Assembly (NCBI RefSeq): GCF_006345805.1 | Contig: NC_043003.1 | Coordinates: forward strand, 54,498,001 to 54,562,000 | DNA from: Octopus sinensis | Taxonomy: Eukaryota | Length of the DNA: 64,000 nt | Direction of reading: 5' to 3' | Shown: piece after piece, positions 28,111-41,975 of the stretch | Position numbering within the stretch: the first letter of the stretch is position 1 | How the letters are laid out: every line of letters starts with the position of its first letter | Notes under the pieces: generated by a model | The model's input: the letters and a program-made list of their open reading frames with translations, nothing else | Database searches by the model: none | What the model was told of the DNA's origin: nothing | Program-made: the position numbers and the translations under genes

Positions 28111-28734
28111 CCCAATAATAGCATACAGCTATTATAGTGTATATAAAATTGGCAGTTTGTATTACAATATATGTGATGATAATGTTAATAGATTAATTAG
28201 TTTGTAGTGTACTATAGAGTATTTTTGGATAGCCTGAAATATATAAAAAAAATTAAATTAAAAATGCAACATATCAACAGTGAAATTCCTCGTTGCTACC
28301 ACCGGAGGATCAGCGACAACACATCAGACCTCATTGGATTTTGGGGCATTTAAATATTCTACATTACTGCCTTGTTGGCCAGTGCTGCATTTCGACGGTC
28401 TACTCAGTGGAATATACATCGTTTCCAATAAAAAAAAAACGGGTATTTGGCGAACTGAAAGTGTGATTACCAGGTCGGATCAACATCCTCAGGGTTTTTA
28501 AACCGGTTCTGTATGATCTGAGTTCAAGTCTCACCCATGACAATTAATTTTCATTCTTCCATGTCAAACAATAAAATAACAGACTGACAGAATCATTAAT
28601 GTTTCTTCAGTGTTCGTGCTTTCATCTTGCTTTCTGGGTTAAAATCCTGCCATTGTAGATTCTCTGTTGAAGAACACGATTGATTTGAACGTACCACCCA
28701 CCCTCTCAGTCTCTGACTGCTTTCATCTTTTACT

Positions 28735-29055
28735 TTTTACTTATTTTAGTCATTAGGTTGTGGCCATGCTGGAGCATCGCCTTGAAGAGTTTAGTGGAAG
28801 AAGTTTTGTCTTAGATCTAGTATTTATTCTCTTTCTCTGCTGAATTGTCAACTAATGAGAACGTAAACAAACTAACACCGTTCTTAAAGTGATGTTGAGA
28901 CAAGCTCAGAGGCCCACACACACAATGAGCTTCCAAATCCGTCTCCCAAATCTACTTATAAGGCTTTGGTCGGCCCGCTGCCATAATAGAAGGTGGTAAA
29001 CCCTAAACTGTGTGATTGGAAAGCGAGCTTTTTAACAACAGATCTATGCCTGCGC
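28735..29055 (-). mobile_element. SINE family A, degenerate
   Basis: Diverged match to other family A copies. Confidence 0.7.
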
Positions 29056-29374
29056 CAAAATAAAGCCAGAAAATTATATATCATTAGACACATTGCGAAA
29101 AGTTTTATGTAAATAGAATTTTGAATATACATTCATATTTATTATACTGTCTCTTGTTTTTGTCTAAATTGGTTTTGTTTATCTCAACATATTTTGTAGC
29201 ACATTTATTAAAATGCATTTTCCGTGTTATTGATGTTGCTGCTTTTGTAGTTGTCGTTCTATAGCACCTGGTCAGCTCCGATCAGGTAAAAATCAATGGA
29301 TAAAGACCAATAATAACACAAAAATAACAATACTAACAAGAACAATACCGAACTTTACCAATATTATTTATATC

Positions 29375-29545
29375 AGTTTCAAAATATGTCACAAAGCCAG
29401 AAATTTCGGGTGAAAAGTAAGTCGATTACATCGACCCCAGTGTTCAACTGGTACTTATTTTATCGACCCAGAAAATATGAAAGTTCAAAGTCGACCTCGG
29501 CAGAATTTGAACTCAGAACGCAAAGACGGACTAAATGGTTATCAG
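29375..29545 (-). mobile_element. SINE family B, partial
   Basis: aagtcgacctcggcagaatttgaactcagaacg body motif. Confidence 0.8.
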
Positions 29546-29672
29546 CTTTAAGAAATGTTAAAAATATTGCCACCGCTGCTGCTAATTTTATTAAAGTTAA
29601 TACTACCACGAATGCAGTCAAATACTGTAGTGTGAACCTGTATTTTATGACCTTTTAATCGGGAAAAAAGTG

Positions 29673-29952
29673 GAGGCATATGGCCTAGTGGTTAGACCAG
29701 CGGACCCGCGGTCGAGGGATCGCAGGTTCGAATCTCAGACCGGGCGATGTGTGTGTTTATGAGCGAAACACCTAAGCTCCGGCAGAAGGTAATGGCAAAC
29801 TTCTGCTGACTCTTTCGCCACAACTTTCTCTCATTCTTTCCTCCCGCATCGTGCACCTCACCTGCGCCGGACCGGTGTCTCGTCCAGGTGGGGAATCTAA
29901 ACGCCAAGGACACCGGGAAACCGGCCCTATGAGACAGGCGTGGCTCGAGAAG
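29673..29952 (+). mobile_element. SINE family C, tail type 3
   Basis: Family C-like head/body followed by gcgccggaccggtgtctcgtccaggtggg...gagaaggaacaaacaa. Confidence 0.8.
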
Positions 29953-31176
29953 GAACAAACAATCGGGAAGAAAACAGGTACTACGACCATTCCAAAGGTC
30001 TCTGAAAATGGAAGGATGCAGAGACGAATCATAGGAGGGAGAGACGAAAGTGTCCTAAAACCGTAGAACTAGTCTCATTACCTGTAACAGAGTGAACTCC
30101 GTTAAATGCAGCCAGGGTAACGGTATTACAATGGAACATGGCGGAATTTGAACGCAAAACACAAATGATGCCAGGCGTCCGGTCGGTCATGTTTATAATC
30201 CCACCGCTTCAATGCTTTTCTATTGAGCATGAAATGATGTAAGACAAGGGTGAAATTCGTGGGATTTGAAACTTAGTTTCGTATTAATAATGGTTATACT
30301 GAAAGCAGCAACGACAATAAAAAGTAATTAGAATATTGAGTTAAATGACAAGAAAGTCAATCAAGACAATTGCAGCATCACCAATAATTAATTTTCACAG
30401 ACGTTATAGAAACAAATAGCGTATTCATACAGACGTACACACGCACACACACACATAACATAAACATGCACATATCCGAGCACATGCAGGCAACAAATCA
30501 TAACCACATGCACATATGAAGTCATACACACACATACACGCACGCATGCTCCGACACACATATGCGCGCACGGAATCATAATCATAATGAGAGAGTGAAC
30601 GAGAGAGAGACAGAGACAGACACGTAACAAATCACAGAAAAAACACCAAATACAAGAAGAGCAGTGGAAATATTAAACAAACTAGTAACAAACAAATAAA
30701 ACAAAATAAAATCAACTATAACAAGTATAACAATACTAACAAGAACAATACGGAACTTTACAAATGTTACTAATATTGCCGCTGCTGCTTCTGCTGTTTG
30801 TATTAAACTTAATACTATCATCGCTAATGTAGTCGGATAATTACTGCAACAATTGTTGGATCGTGTGTCGTTACAAAAACGTGTTTGGTGGTGGAAACTT
30901 GAAGCAGACGTTAACAGACAAAAGCACAAAAAAATAAATAAACAATGACAAAAAGATGGCAGTCATCGAGGTAGAATCTAGAAGGACGCTTGATATGCTA
31001 GAAGTAGTAATCTGTTCTCCCTTATATCATACTTTATTTTTCTAGATGGAGTTAAATCGCATTGGATAATGCAGTCCTAAATGTCCAGGAAAAGGCGAGA
31101 TATGTATTGGCTGAAATGTCTGTTTTGTCGATTTTTTAACTAATTCGAAGCTATACAACAGCAACAACAACAGCAG

Positions 31177-31690
31177 TGGAGGCGCAATAGCCCAGTGGTT
31201 AGGGCAGCGGACTCGCGGTCATAAGAACGCGGTTTCGATTCCCAGACCGGACATTGTGAGTGTTTATTGAAAAAAAAACCCACCTGAGCTTGAAGAAGCG
31301 TTAGCACGCTGGGCGAAATGCTTAGCGGTATTTTGTTTGTTTTTACGTTCTGAGTTCAAATTCCGCCGAGGTCAACTTTGTCTTTCATCATTTCGGAGTC
31401 GATAAATCAAGTACCAGTTGCGTACTGAGGTTGATCTAATTCACTGACCCCTTCCCCAAAAGTTCGGGCCTTGTGCCTAGAGATAGAAAAGAATAGTTGG
31501 CACGACGGCAAAAGGCCAAACAACATTTTGTCTGCATTTACGTTCTGAGATCAAATTTCGCTGAGGTCGACTCTGCCTTTCATTCTTTCGGTTTTGATAA
31601 AATAAGTATCAGTTGAACATTGGTGTCAATGTAATTGATTCAGCCCCTCCCCTAAAATTGCTGGCCTTGAGCAAAAATTTGAAACCGATA
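31177..31690 (+). mobile_element. SINE cluster: family C head plus two tandem family B copies
   Basis: C head 31177-31290, B copies about 31295-31495 and 31497-31690. Confidence 0.8.
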
Positions 31691-32029
31691 TAGAATGCCG
31701 TATAAGAAGATGAATAACGCATAAGCCAAGTCTGCCACTTCAAGTGATTGACAAAATACCAGCCAGACATCGATCAGAGACATTTCTGAATGAGGAAAGC
31801 AAAATCGCTTACTATTTTTAGTGAAGCATAGATAGATAACTTTCTTCTTTTCTCATTCTGACATAAAGAAATCAAGCAAAAGTTATAAAATTCTTGGTTG
31901 CAACACACTGCAAACCAGATTTCTTCTCGACCAGTTGGTTCATATTCAAAAAAGGCCTTTTGTAAGCAACGTTGGTGAATGCAAAACTTATTTTTCTCTC
32001 TTTGATCGCTTGGTAAAGTGTGTGTGTGT

Positions 32030-32470
32030 ATGTGTGTGAGTGTGTGCGCGTGTGTGTGTGCATGTGAGGGAGAGAGAGAGGAAGGAAGTGAGAGCGAAAG
32101 GGAGAGAAAGGAGAGAGTGAGCAGATATGCTTGCGTAGAGTGTGTGTGTGTGTTTGTGTGTGTGAGAGAGAGAGGAAGGAAGAGAGAGCGAAGGGAGAGA
32201 AAGGAGAGTAGACATGCTTGCGTAGAGTGTGTGTATGTATGTGTGTGTGTATGAGAGAGAGAGAAGGAAGAGAGAGCAAAAGGGGCAGAAAAGAGAGAGT
32301 GTGTAGATATGCTTGCGTAGAGTGTGTGTATGTGTGTGTGTGTCCGTGTGTGTATGTGGGGGAGAGAGAAGACAGAAGAGACAGCGAAAGGGAGAGAAAG
32401 GAGATAGTGAGTAGATATGCTTGCGTAGTGTGTGAGTATATGTGTGCGTGTGTATGTGTGTGTGTGTATG
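32030..32470. repeat. Composite minisatellite, four units of about 86-108 bp
   Basis: Each unit is (GT)n + GA-rich tract + conserved AGAYATGCTTGCGTAG core at about 32123, 32209, 32305, 32413. Confidence 0.85.
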
Positions 32471-33140
32471 TGTGAGGATGTATTTGTCAGTGCGTTCTTG
32501 TATATGACTTTGTTGCTCTTAATGCTATGGCAGTGGTTGATGATGTTATGCTCTTTTTCTATATTCGCATGGAAGACTTACAAACGCGTGAAGTTTACCC
32601 CAAGACCTGGAAAGGATAGGAAAGTCCCATGCAAAGGTATACCATATTTATGTTTGCATGCATACATGTTTCTTTTCAATACGACCACTTTGTTGAAGCA
32701 GCCGATATGAAAATGAAACAAAGTGGAAACAAGAAAAAAAATATTAATTAAGGACATAAATACTTCGCAAAAACAAAATGGAAATTTCAAACAAAAACAA
32801 TAATATCAACTTTAACATTTACAGAAAATAAAGAAAACTTTGAGTGGATATCCTTGATAAAGCATGTGCGTAATTGGAAACAATTGCGACAGTTTGGCAT
32901 TTGCAATGGCAATAATGCCGATACCGTTGAAAGCTGAAACGATACAGCCTTTGAAACGAGTCAAAAATCAGCTGTTGCAATAATGATGGTCGGCCATATC
33001 GAAGCTTTCGAAAGACTCACACTCATCGGGTCCTTTGCATTAAGCAGTTACCATCGTGGTTAGATATGATCGGGATGGCAGTTTTGTATTCTCTCCATAA
33101 TATTACTGAAAACAGACGCCAAATACTTTTTCTTTTATTT

Positions 33141-33438
33141 ATAGTTATCGCCAAGCTAATACGGCAGTCCAGAAATATAGGATGAATGCTGCCGTTGATT
33201 AGTTCTAAGAGGCCATCGCTTCTAGCTAGCTATGTGACACACGAACCTGTGTCCATTATAACCTTCGAACAGGGGAGGTCAGGCATCTGCAAGCGGTTGA
33301 CCTCCCCTCTTCGAAGGTTATAATGGACACAGGTTCGTGTGTAATATAGCTAGCTAGAGGCGATGGCCTCTTGGAGCTAGTCAACGGCAGCATTTGTCCT
33401 ATATTTCTGGACTGCCATATTAGCTTGGTGATAACTAT
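33141..33438. mobile_element. Foldback element / MITE, about 140-bp arms with 16-nt spacer
   Basis: atagttatcgccaagctaat...gggaggtca is the near-perfect reverse complement of tgacctcccc...ttagcttggtgataactat. Confidence 0.88.
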
Positions 33439-34619
33439 TAATATTCAGTACCGTTGCCGTAGTCTCCTTTAGAGAGACTTAGAAATACTAATATTTCTAC
33501 TTTTCCTCTTTTTTGTTTTTTATCTTTCTAGATCTATAAAAACAGACTTTGCACGCGACTGTTGCTTGTGACTCTTACCGATTTGGTTGGTGCCGTGAAG
33601 GTCTCTCTTAAACTGTTGTACGTAAACACCAACGTGGAAAACACGAGATAGAAACGAGAACCAAAATCCGACAATCTGAGAAGCAAGTACTAAACGTGGT
33701 AGTTAATGTCGAGCATGCAGGCGGAGTGTAACATGGGGTGTAGGAGAATATGAGACGAGTAAGTCAGGAATACTTTAGAGGAGGGTGCTGTGTATGGCTA
33801 CTATAATAGTCTCCTGTTCCTAGAAGGAAGAGTTTATTATAGTGGCCACAATACAGTAGCCGCTTCCTAGAAGAAGGATTTATTATGGTAGCCATACAAC
33901 TGATAGAGAAAGAAAGTAAAATACCTGTACCGGAGACAGGGGTGAGTCAGCGAAAGATTTCCTACCGATCAGTCGAGCAGCCTTTTTCTGGATGTCTTAA
34001 AATGTCTGTGTGTAAGGCAGCAGCAGTACCGTCCCAGATATAGAAAGAGTATTCACCTAATCTTCGTAAGGTATATGTATCCTTAAGGGATGAATCGTTT
34101 TCTGACGAGACAGGTTAGTCATTTGAGTTAGAGCCTGGCTGATGGTATGCATGCAGTACAATACAGAATGAAATGGATAGTCTCGGCAAGCTGGACACTG
34201 GTCACCGGGATTGTACTTAGCCGAGTGACTTGCTATGTTACGGAAGTGCTTTACTTGAAGTGATCTTCAGTGAAACCAAGGTCCGAACATTTGGAGCGAT
34301 CATGGGAGCTCTACCTGCCTGCTACATATATTTAAGCAGGTGAGACACGATGATGCTTCCTTGATCTAAATAACTGTTGTTGATTTTATTATGGTAAAAG
34401 GCTAAATTACAATATCTTCATAGGAAAATATATTTGCTCAATGCTCTGTAAACACTATAAGGGTTGTAGGACATGATGACATGAACAGCTGAAACAGAGA
34501 CTACGAAGCCGTGACCAACAGGAAGGAACAAAGCAGGTATTCTGACTGCGCCCACTTGGTGTATTCATCTACTTGCAGTACTGATCCTTTGGCTCATTTC
34601 AGACAGGTATGTGAAACTG

Positions 34620-34950
34620 CTGTAGTCTTTGATCAGTGTCAGGCTGGAATGGGTTGCTGCTCGAAGGTCATATGTATTTCGCAGCCTGATTCGATTCTTT
34701 ACCATACCTTCAGAAATTGCCAGAATTGGTTGTCGGAGAATTTATATATCAGTAGTTTCAGTTTTTGACTACCTAATTCCCCCGATTGCAATCCCATGGA
34801 TTACTTTGTGTAGGGTGCAGATGAGAAAGACACCAATCGTTCTGCTAGTAGCAAAAAGCCTAGATGTTGATCAAAATAAAGGAGGTGTTCAAAGGTCTTC
34901 CTTGGGACGGAGAGGAACTCATGAGTCCAAGTTCGGAGTCATCTTCAAGT
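34620..34950 (+). pseudogene. Tc1/mariner superfamily (maT/DD37D-like) transposase C-terminal remnant
   Basis: WVAARRSYV, QNWLSEN, *LPNSPDCNPMDYFV*GADEKDTN, IKEVFKGLP read across frames. Confidence 0.75.
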
Positions 34951-34981
34951 CTTCATATACATACATACATACATACATTAT

Positions 34982-35047
<66 letters not shown>

Positions 35048-35079
35048 GAAGTATACAGAACAAAAATAGGTGTATAAAC

Positions 35080-35522
35080 AACAAGCGGGAGAAGCACAGT
35101 CCACGGATCGTGCTGTGACAAGGGTGATGTGGATATGGGTAAGGGGATATCTACGAAGGATGAAGTAGCGAACCATGAGTTGACACCGAGTCTCAGAGTC
35201 ATGGTTGTCACTGTAGAGCCTGCGCAGAAGGAGGAATTGGGAGTAGGGGATGGAGAGCTTGGTGTGGATAAGGTGGGACGAAGAGAATTTGGGGTATGAG
35301 TGTGAATCGGTGTGTTTGTAGTGGATGGAGGTATTGCGAGCGGAGTTGTGTATGTTGACCGAAATGTCGTGAAAGGCGACGGAAGTGTTGGAAATCGTGC
35401 AGGAGAATTCGAGGGCAGGATGGAAGTATTAGACGAAAGAGTGGAAGGAGTCTAGTTGCTCGCGAGAGAGCGAGGTCGCACCGATACAGTCATCAATATA
35501 ACGACCGTATAGTTCGGGAGGG
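35080..35522 (-). pseudogene. Penelope-like reverse transcriptase C-terminal remnant
   Basis: PELYGRYIDDCIG...FHPALEFSCTISNTSVAFHDISV...HYKHTDSHSY...KLSIPYSQFLLLRRLYSD. Confidence 0.88.
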
Positions 35523-35534
35523 GGACGGGCGTCT

Positions 35535-35750
35535 TTCAGTTTCCGACTACCAAGTCCACTCACAAGGCTTTGGTGAGCCCGAGGCTATAATAGAAGACAT
35601 ATCGTCTCTCCTTGTTTGTCCCCACTATGTTTAGCTCCTTGTGGGCAATAAAAAAAAGAAGACATATTCCCAAGGTGCCGAGCAGAGGAACTGAAACCAG
35701 AAGCATGTGGCTGGGAAGCAAGCTTCTTACCACACAGACACTTCTGTATG
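35535..35750 (-). mobile_element. SINE family A head with nested 54-nt SINE B tail insertion
   Basis: Direct repeat AGAAGACATAT at 35592-35602 and 35657-35667 flanks a family B tail in opposite orientation. Confidence 0.8.
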
Positions 35751-36864
35751 TTTGTGTACGTATACGTAGGTACGTATGTATATGGTAGTGAAAACAGGAA
35801 GCTAGAGTGTAACTAGACAACAAAATAAGTAAATAAGTCGATAAAAAATAAAACGATAAAAAATTAGAAGAAAATACATTACAAACGTGTGTGTGTACAT
35901 GTTCGTGTATATGCGTGTGTGTGTGTATGATATATATATGAGGATGTGTGTATAAGCGTGCGTGTATATGCGTGTGTGTATGGAGGGGTTATATTCTCTG
36001 GGTTTTTAGGTCTTGTTTCTGAAAAGGGGGAAGATTTTTGTATTTATTATTATTATTATTGTTGTTGTTGTTGTTGTTGTTGTTGTTCTTGTTATTGTTG
36101 TTGTTGTTGTTGTTGATGATGATGTCGATATTTTCTGCTGAAATAATTTTCGCAATATTATTTGTTAGGTTAGCACATCAGAAAGAAAAGGAGATGAAAT
36201 ATTAAAAAAAAAAAAAACAATAAACAAAAAAAAGCACAAAACAGCAATAAAAAATCTAAAAAAAAAAAAAATACATGAACGAATATCAATGTCTTAGACA
36301 ATTTTATAAATTAACCACACACCCAGCGCCACAATCATTCAGTTCTTCCTTCCTACCCCCACCTTTTCCTTCCTCTCTTCCGTCTCGCACAACCTGCTAT
36401 TTACTGTTAACAATAATTACCTCCTCTTGATAGACACATTACATTCATATTGATAAATCGATTGAGTTTGTGGTTATTATGCATTATGTCTTTTTATTTA
36501 TTTATTTATTTATTTATTTATTCCTAATGATGTTGCTGCTGCTGCAGCTGATGATGGTGATGGTGGTGATGATATTATTAATAATAATTATAATATTATT
36601 ATTAAAAATAAAAATAATACTAATAGCAGTTATAATAGATACAACAATGGAAACATCCATAATATTTATTAATAATATACGAATAAATACATGAAAATAT
36701 ACATACAGAAATCCATACATGCACATATATATATGTATATATATATGTATATATATACATATATGCATATATATATATATATATATATGCATATATGTAT
36801 ATATATATACATAATATACATATATATATGCATATATATATATGTATATATATGTATATATATA

Positions 36865-36898
<34 letters not shown>

Positions 36899-38499
36899 TA
36901 TATATACATATATATACATATATATATATGCATATATATATATACACACATTTATAAATAGACAATACATAACTATACGTATGCATATATGTGTGTGCGT
37001 GTGTGTTTGTATATAGATATATACATAAATGTATGTATATATTTATATATGCATACATATGTGTGTTTATGCACGTCTACATGCTCATGTATGTGATAAG
37101 GTAATATCATTAAAATTTTAACAATAAGGAATTATTTGCGAATTTATGCGCTGGAAATGCGTACACACATATTCATAAATACAGACACACAGAGGCACAC
37201 ATGCTTACGCACATACACACATACTTACATACATACATGAATACATGCATACATGAATACATACACACATACATACATGCATAAATGAATACATACATGC
37301 ATACATACATACATACATACATACATACATACATACATACATACACACATACACATGCACATGGTAATAATCTGTTTTGAACAAATTTTGGTACGAGTGT
37401 TAGTGTGTAAGTCTTTGCATCTGTATACATATGCCTCTACACACATTCACGCATATGTTTGTTTTGCTTATCAGCATATATGAGCAGCATATATGCGTGC
37501 GTGTCTGCACCAAAACGGAGGAAATCGTTTTTGCTTTAGCAGTTATATGCCATTTTATCTCTACCATTTCTTTAACAACTGTACGAATAATTGCTATCGG
37601 TGAACAATTACCTTTAACAATTATCCAGTACACATCACTTCCGATCTAACTCCATCGCTCTCCTCTTCTCGCTTCCCGCTTTCCATCCCCACATAACGTC
37701 TGCTTTCAATGAAAAAATTTTTAAAAACTTATTTAACATATTACTCAAGATTCTATGATTATCAGCATCAACATCATTAATATTATTATTGTTATAGCCG
37801 TTGCTTTTGTTGCATTTGTTCTCGTTGTTGTTGATGTTGGCATTGATGATTATGGTGATAGTGGTGTCTGTTGTTGCTGTTTTACATTTATTTATGAATT
37901 TATGTATTGTTTATCTCTTTGTTTATTATCGTCTGCTTCATGTTTCTCGTCTTCAAACGGTATTTTTAAACGAAACAACTCAATCATAATGTTGTTATTG
38001 TGCTGCAGTTTGTTCTTGTAGTCGTAGCCGTTGTTGCTGATGTTGTTGCTGCTGCTGACGCTGCCACTGTTGCTGCTGCTGCTGCTGCTGCTCTTCTTAC
38101 TTTTCATCATGCTGTAATTATTTTGCTTTAATTACGTTTTTTGTTAGTCTGTAGTAGCCGTTGTTATTGTTTATATTGTTGCAGCAAGACGAAAAGGGCA
38201 GTAGGTTGGTAAAAACTATTGAGTTTCTAAGCAACTGTTTTACAGTATTTAGTTTCATCTAAACAGTTTTCAGGTTCAAATAGTCCAATATTTGGATTTT
38301 TTCTTTGCTTAAGTTTCCACATTATTTTATCATCACTTTAGAGCCGATCAAAGGTTTACGAGGTTCCAGATTATATCATTCTGAAAACGACTCACTCATT
38401 CAACTTTTTTTTAACCCAAATGTGTGGCCTCGTGTTAATATATGAAAACTTGAGGTCAGTACATTGAAAAACATACAATATGAATGGATTAAAGTTAGT

Positions 38500-38715
38500 T
38501 ATTTGCGATATTTTGCTGTCAAACAGGGCGACGAGCTGGTAGCATCTTTAACACGCCGGACAATATGTTCTGAGGTCAAATTTCACTGCCGTCAAATTTG
38601 TCTTTCATCATTTCGGGGTCGATTAAATAAGTATGAATTGAGAAGTGGGTCGATTTAATCGACTTAGCCCCCTCTCTCGAAATAGCTAACCTTGTGCTAC
38701 AATTTGAACCGATAT
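38500..38715 (+). mobile_element. SINE family B
   Basis: ggcgacgagctggtagcatc head and body match. Confidence 0.8.
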
Positions 38716-39061
38716 TTCGCTCCCAGTCCTAAGGGGCGAGTTCAAACCAAACTTCTCAGTTTTGCAGTTTGTCTCTCCAGGCGTGAAAAATAAATGGTCA
38801 TCCTTTTGTTTCGCTGCTGAGTATTCCTGTTTCTCAGTCAGCTTAATTACTTGGTCATAGGATTAGCGTGGATGTTGCCAAGTATACCTCAGACAAATTT
38901 GATCACATCGCAATCCTGAGACACAGCGTATATCATGGCTGACATTTTTAGTTACAGTTACAGTCTGTAAAGATAAGAGACGGAAACAGACTTTGAAAAA
39001 GAAAAAGAAAAAGCACTAGGGATGGTTTCCGTCATCAAAAAAATAAAATGCTTTGTCTTTC

Positions 39062-39636
39062 ACCTTTTACTTGTTTCAGTCATTGGGCAGAGGCCATGCT
39101 GGGGCACCACCTTGAAGGGTTTTGTCAAACTAATCGAAACCCGGTTTTTTAATTTTAAGTCAAATAATTATTCTATCGATTTCTTTTGCCTAACCGTTGA
39201 TTTACGGGGACGTAGACACACCAACACTGATTGTCAACAACAGCAGTGGGAAACACAAAGTCACACATACATATATACACCCATATATATATGTATATAT
39301 ATATAGATATACATATAAAAATGTATATAAGGATATTGTTGTTTACAATAATATCAAGTGGTGTAGCATGCTTAAAAAGTACCATAAAGTGAAAAATTAT
39401 TAATTAATAATTAAGGTTGCAACAAACAGAACCAGCACGCTAGTCGCCTACTGACTGCTATTTTTTAGCGTGCTGGTGCTATTTGTAGCACCCTTAATTA
39501 TTAATCGATATATACATATGTATGTATGTATGTAAGTACGTATGTATGTATGTATGTATGTATGTATGTATGTATGTATGTATGTATGTATGTATGTATG
39601 TATGTATGTATTGTATGTATGTATGTATTATGTATG

Positions 39637-39715
<79 letters not shown>

Positions 39716-39730
39716 TATATATATATATTA

Positions 39731-39780
<50 letters not shown>

Positions 39781-39915
39781 TGGGTTTTCGCATGGTTTCC
39801 GCCTATCCAAATTCACCCACACTGCATTGGTCGGCCAGGACTTTTTGTAGAAGTACTTGCTTAACGCTTTACACAGTAAAAGTAAACCCGAAGTCACGAT
39901 GCTGTGCGGTGAGTT
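39062..39915 (-). mobile_element. SINE family A split by microsatellite expansion and a mini-MITE
   Basis: Tail half 39062-39265, head half 39778-39915. Confidence 0.7.
39403..39505. mobile_element. Mini-MITE with 40-bp TIRs
   Basis: attaataattaaggttgcaacaaacagaaccagcacgcta vs reverse complement of right end, about 5 mismatches. Confidence 0.75.
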
Positions 39916-40771
39916 TTTCTGTTTTATACTGGAATCTTCTTTTAACGAACAAAGTTATGTTGTAATATTGTGAACAACCTCAACTGTATGCAAGGCAATA
40001 AAAAATGATTATCTGCCAAAATGCACAAGTTATTGTCATTGCAGTTAAAAGTTTTCGGATTATTATCAAAATTTTTAGACATGAAGCAATTTAAAAAAAA
40101 AATAGTTATAGTAATGGAAATGCAGAACAAATAGCCATGTGTTAAATTTCTTTATATTCAGTTGAATTATATTAAGTTACGTTTATGAATTTGTTTTGCA
40201 AGTTTCTTGATGTGAAATCATGTGTTGAAACAGATATTATTATATTTCGCGATGATCCATTTTTTCTTGCCAAATAAACACACGCACTCTATATTCGTTC
40301 TTCACTTGTTTATTGTTCTTATTTTATATTATGCCCAGTGTCTGGAAATCTTTCGTTACACATCTGTGACCTCTTCAGCGAATCTTCCATCCTACGTGTA
40401 TACTCCTGTCATGTTGAGGGATGGGATATTTCCTGACTCTAGACAAGAACAACCATAAACTAATGAAGAACGAATGTAGAGTACGTGTTCTTATTTGGCA
40501 AGAAAAAAATGACCGTCCCGAAATCTAACAATATGTTTAGTTAAATTTATTTATATTCAGCTTTGCCTTTCACCTCTGTAGGTTGATAAATCTAACCCTG
40601 TTCAAGTACTAAAACAATACAGTTTATTTCCTCGGAAAAGAAATGTAATATTCTTTGACTGCTAGCGATTAGGATCTAAAGGTGGTGGGAAAGAGGTACA
40701 CAAATGTTTTGCGGCAGTCAGTTATTTTTCTGTTCAAATCCTAGTCTAGTCGACTTACCAGTATTCATAGT

Positions 40772-41113
40772 CGGAGACCCCCTTCGGTCATAAATGACCA
40801 TGGGATTGCGCCTAGAAAGTTACCCGACGAGGCACAAGTCCAGACAAGCCTGGTTGTTTATGGAAGATCAGCAGTCGCCGATGCATACCAGCCTCCCCTC
40901 TCCACGCCACCGATGTTATCCAAGTGAAAGGCAAAGCCGATACAGCTTGGCACCTGCGGCGTGGAAACTTATTTCTACAGCTGAGTGAACTGGAGAAACG
41001 TGAAATAAAGTGTCTTGCTCAAGAACACAACACGCAGCCCGGTCCGGGATTCGAACTCAAAATCTAACGGTCGTATGTTCGACGCTCAAATCACTGAGCC
41101 ATGCGCATTCACT
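40772..41113 (-). mobile_element. SINE family D, full length with TSD
   Basis: 13-bp direct repeat CAGTATTCATAGT at 40759-40771 and 41114-41126; tRNA-like head at right end. Confidence 0.9.
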
Positions 41114-41814
41114 CAGTATTCATAGTAATGGCCGGTAATCATAGATACTACGAAAGACTTAGAGGAGAGGAGGAAGAGCTGCACCAAAATCGTTTATCAA
41201 TGCTTCACCGATTTTGATGAAAGAGGGTGCGGAAGTTATTTTCTAATCAGAGACACTGGCCTAGAATATGCCCCAACTAAATGCGAAGTATACTAGCCAA
41301 TAACTAAAGCGAATCCGCCTATGAAGTTTCCACTTGTATACTGGCTTTGCTCAACTCAGAGCTATAGTAGACGGCATATTCTCAAGATCTTACACAGATT
41401 GGACTCAAAATAATATTTTTGAGAAGCGAACTTCTTAACCATAAGTTGGCCTCTAAAGACGTTCAAACTGAAGCATCGTTTAGTATGAGGGAATTTATCA
41501 GTGAATCTATATTTCTGTTTCGAACCCCGCTTGAAGGACGTCTCTATTCTTGGGAAAACATCAATTTCATATTATCACTTATTCGGCTCATCTTCTGAAT
41601 ATATCCGTTCTTCGCTGCTTTAGCACATCCCATATTGTTTTAAGAATTCAGACGAGGTTTCCGAGATTGGTAGATGGAAACGAAGACGTATATTCTTAGA
41701 ATGCAGATCTGAGAATGATCCCTGCGACAATTGGGGTGGATTAAAGGACTATAAAATGTCAATGAGTGGTTTTTAGCTGTTCGGTAGATTAAGTCTGCTG
41801 CGAAAAAACATAAA

Positions 41815-41975
41815 CAATTCCATACAACGAAGTTCTGCTTAACTTCCGTCGGTGAAGTTTCAGTCACATGCCTTTGGCCAATCCAAAGCTATAGCAGGAG
41901 ACACTTGCATGGTCGTGACTTGAAATGGAACTCCAAACTACCTTACTGCAAAGCAAACTTTTTGAACTATACAAA
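41815..41975 (-). mobile_element. SINE family A, degenerate head
   Basis: ctttggccaatccaaagctatagcaggagacacttgc match. Confidence 0.55.

Noticed and set aside
32030-32470. Repeat-spacer appearance suggesting a CRISPR array
   Set aside because: Spacers are homologous microsatellites, context is eukaryotic, and there are no cas genes.
34097-34125. CTGACGA-GAC..GTC hairpin
   Set aside because: No GAAA after the stem.
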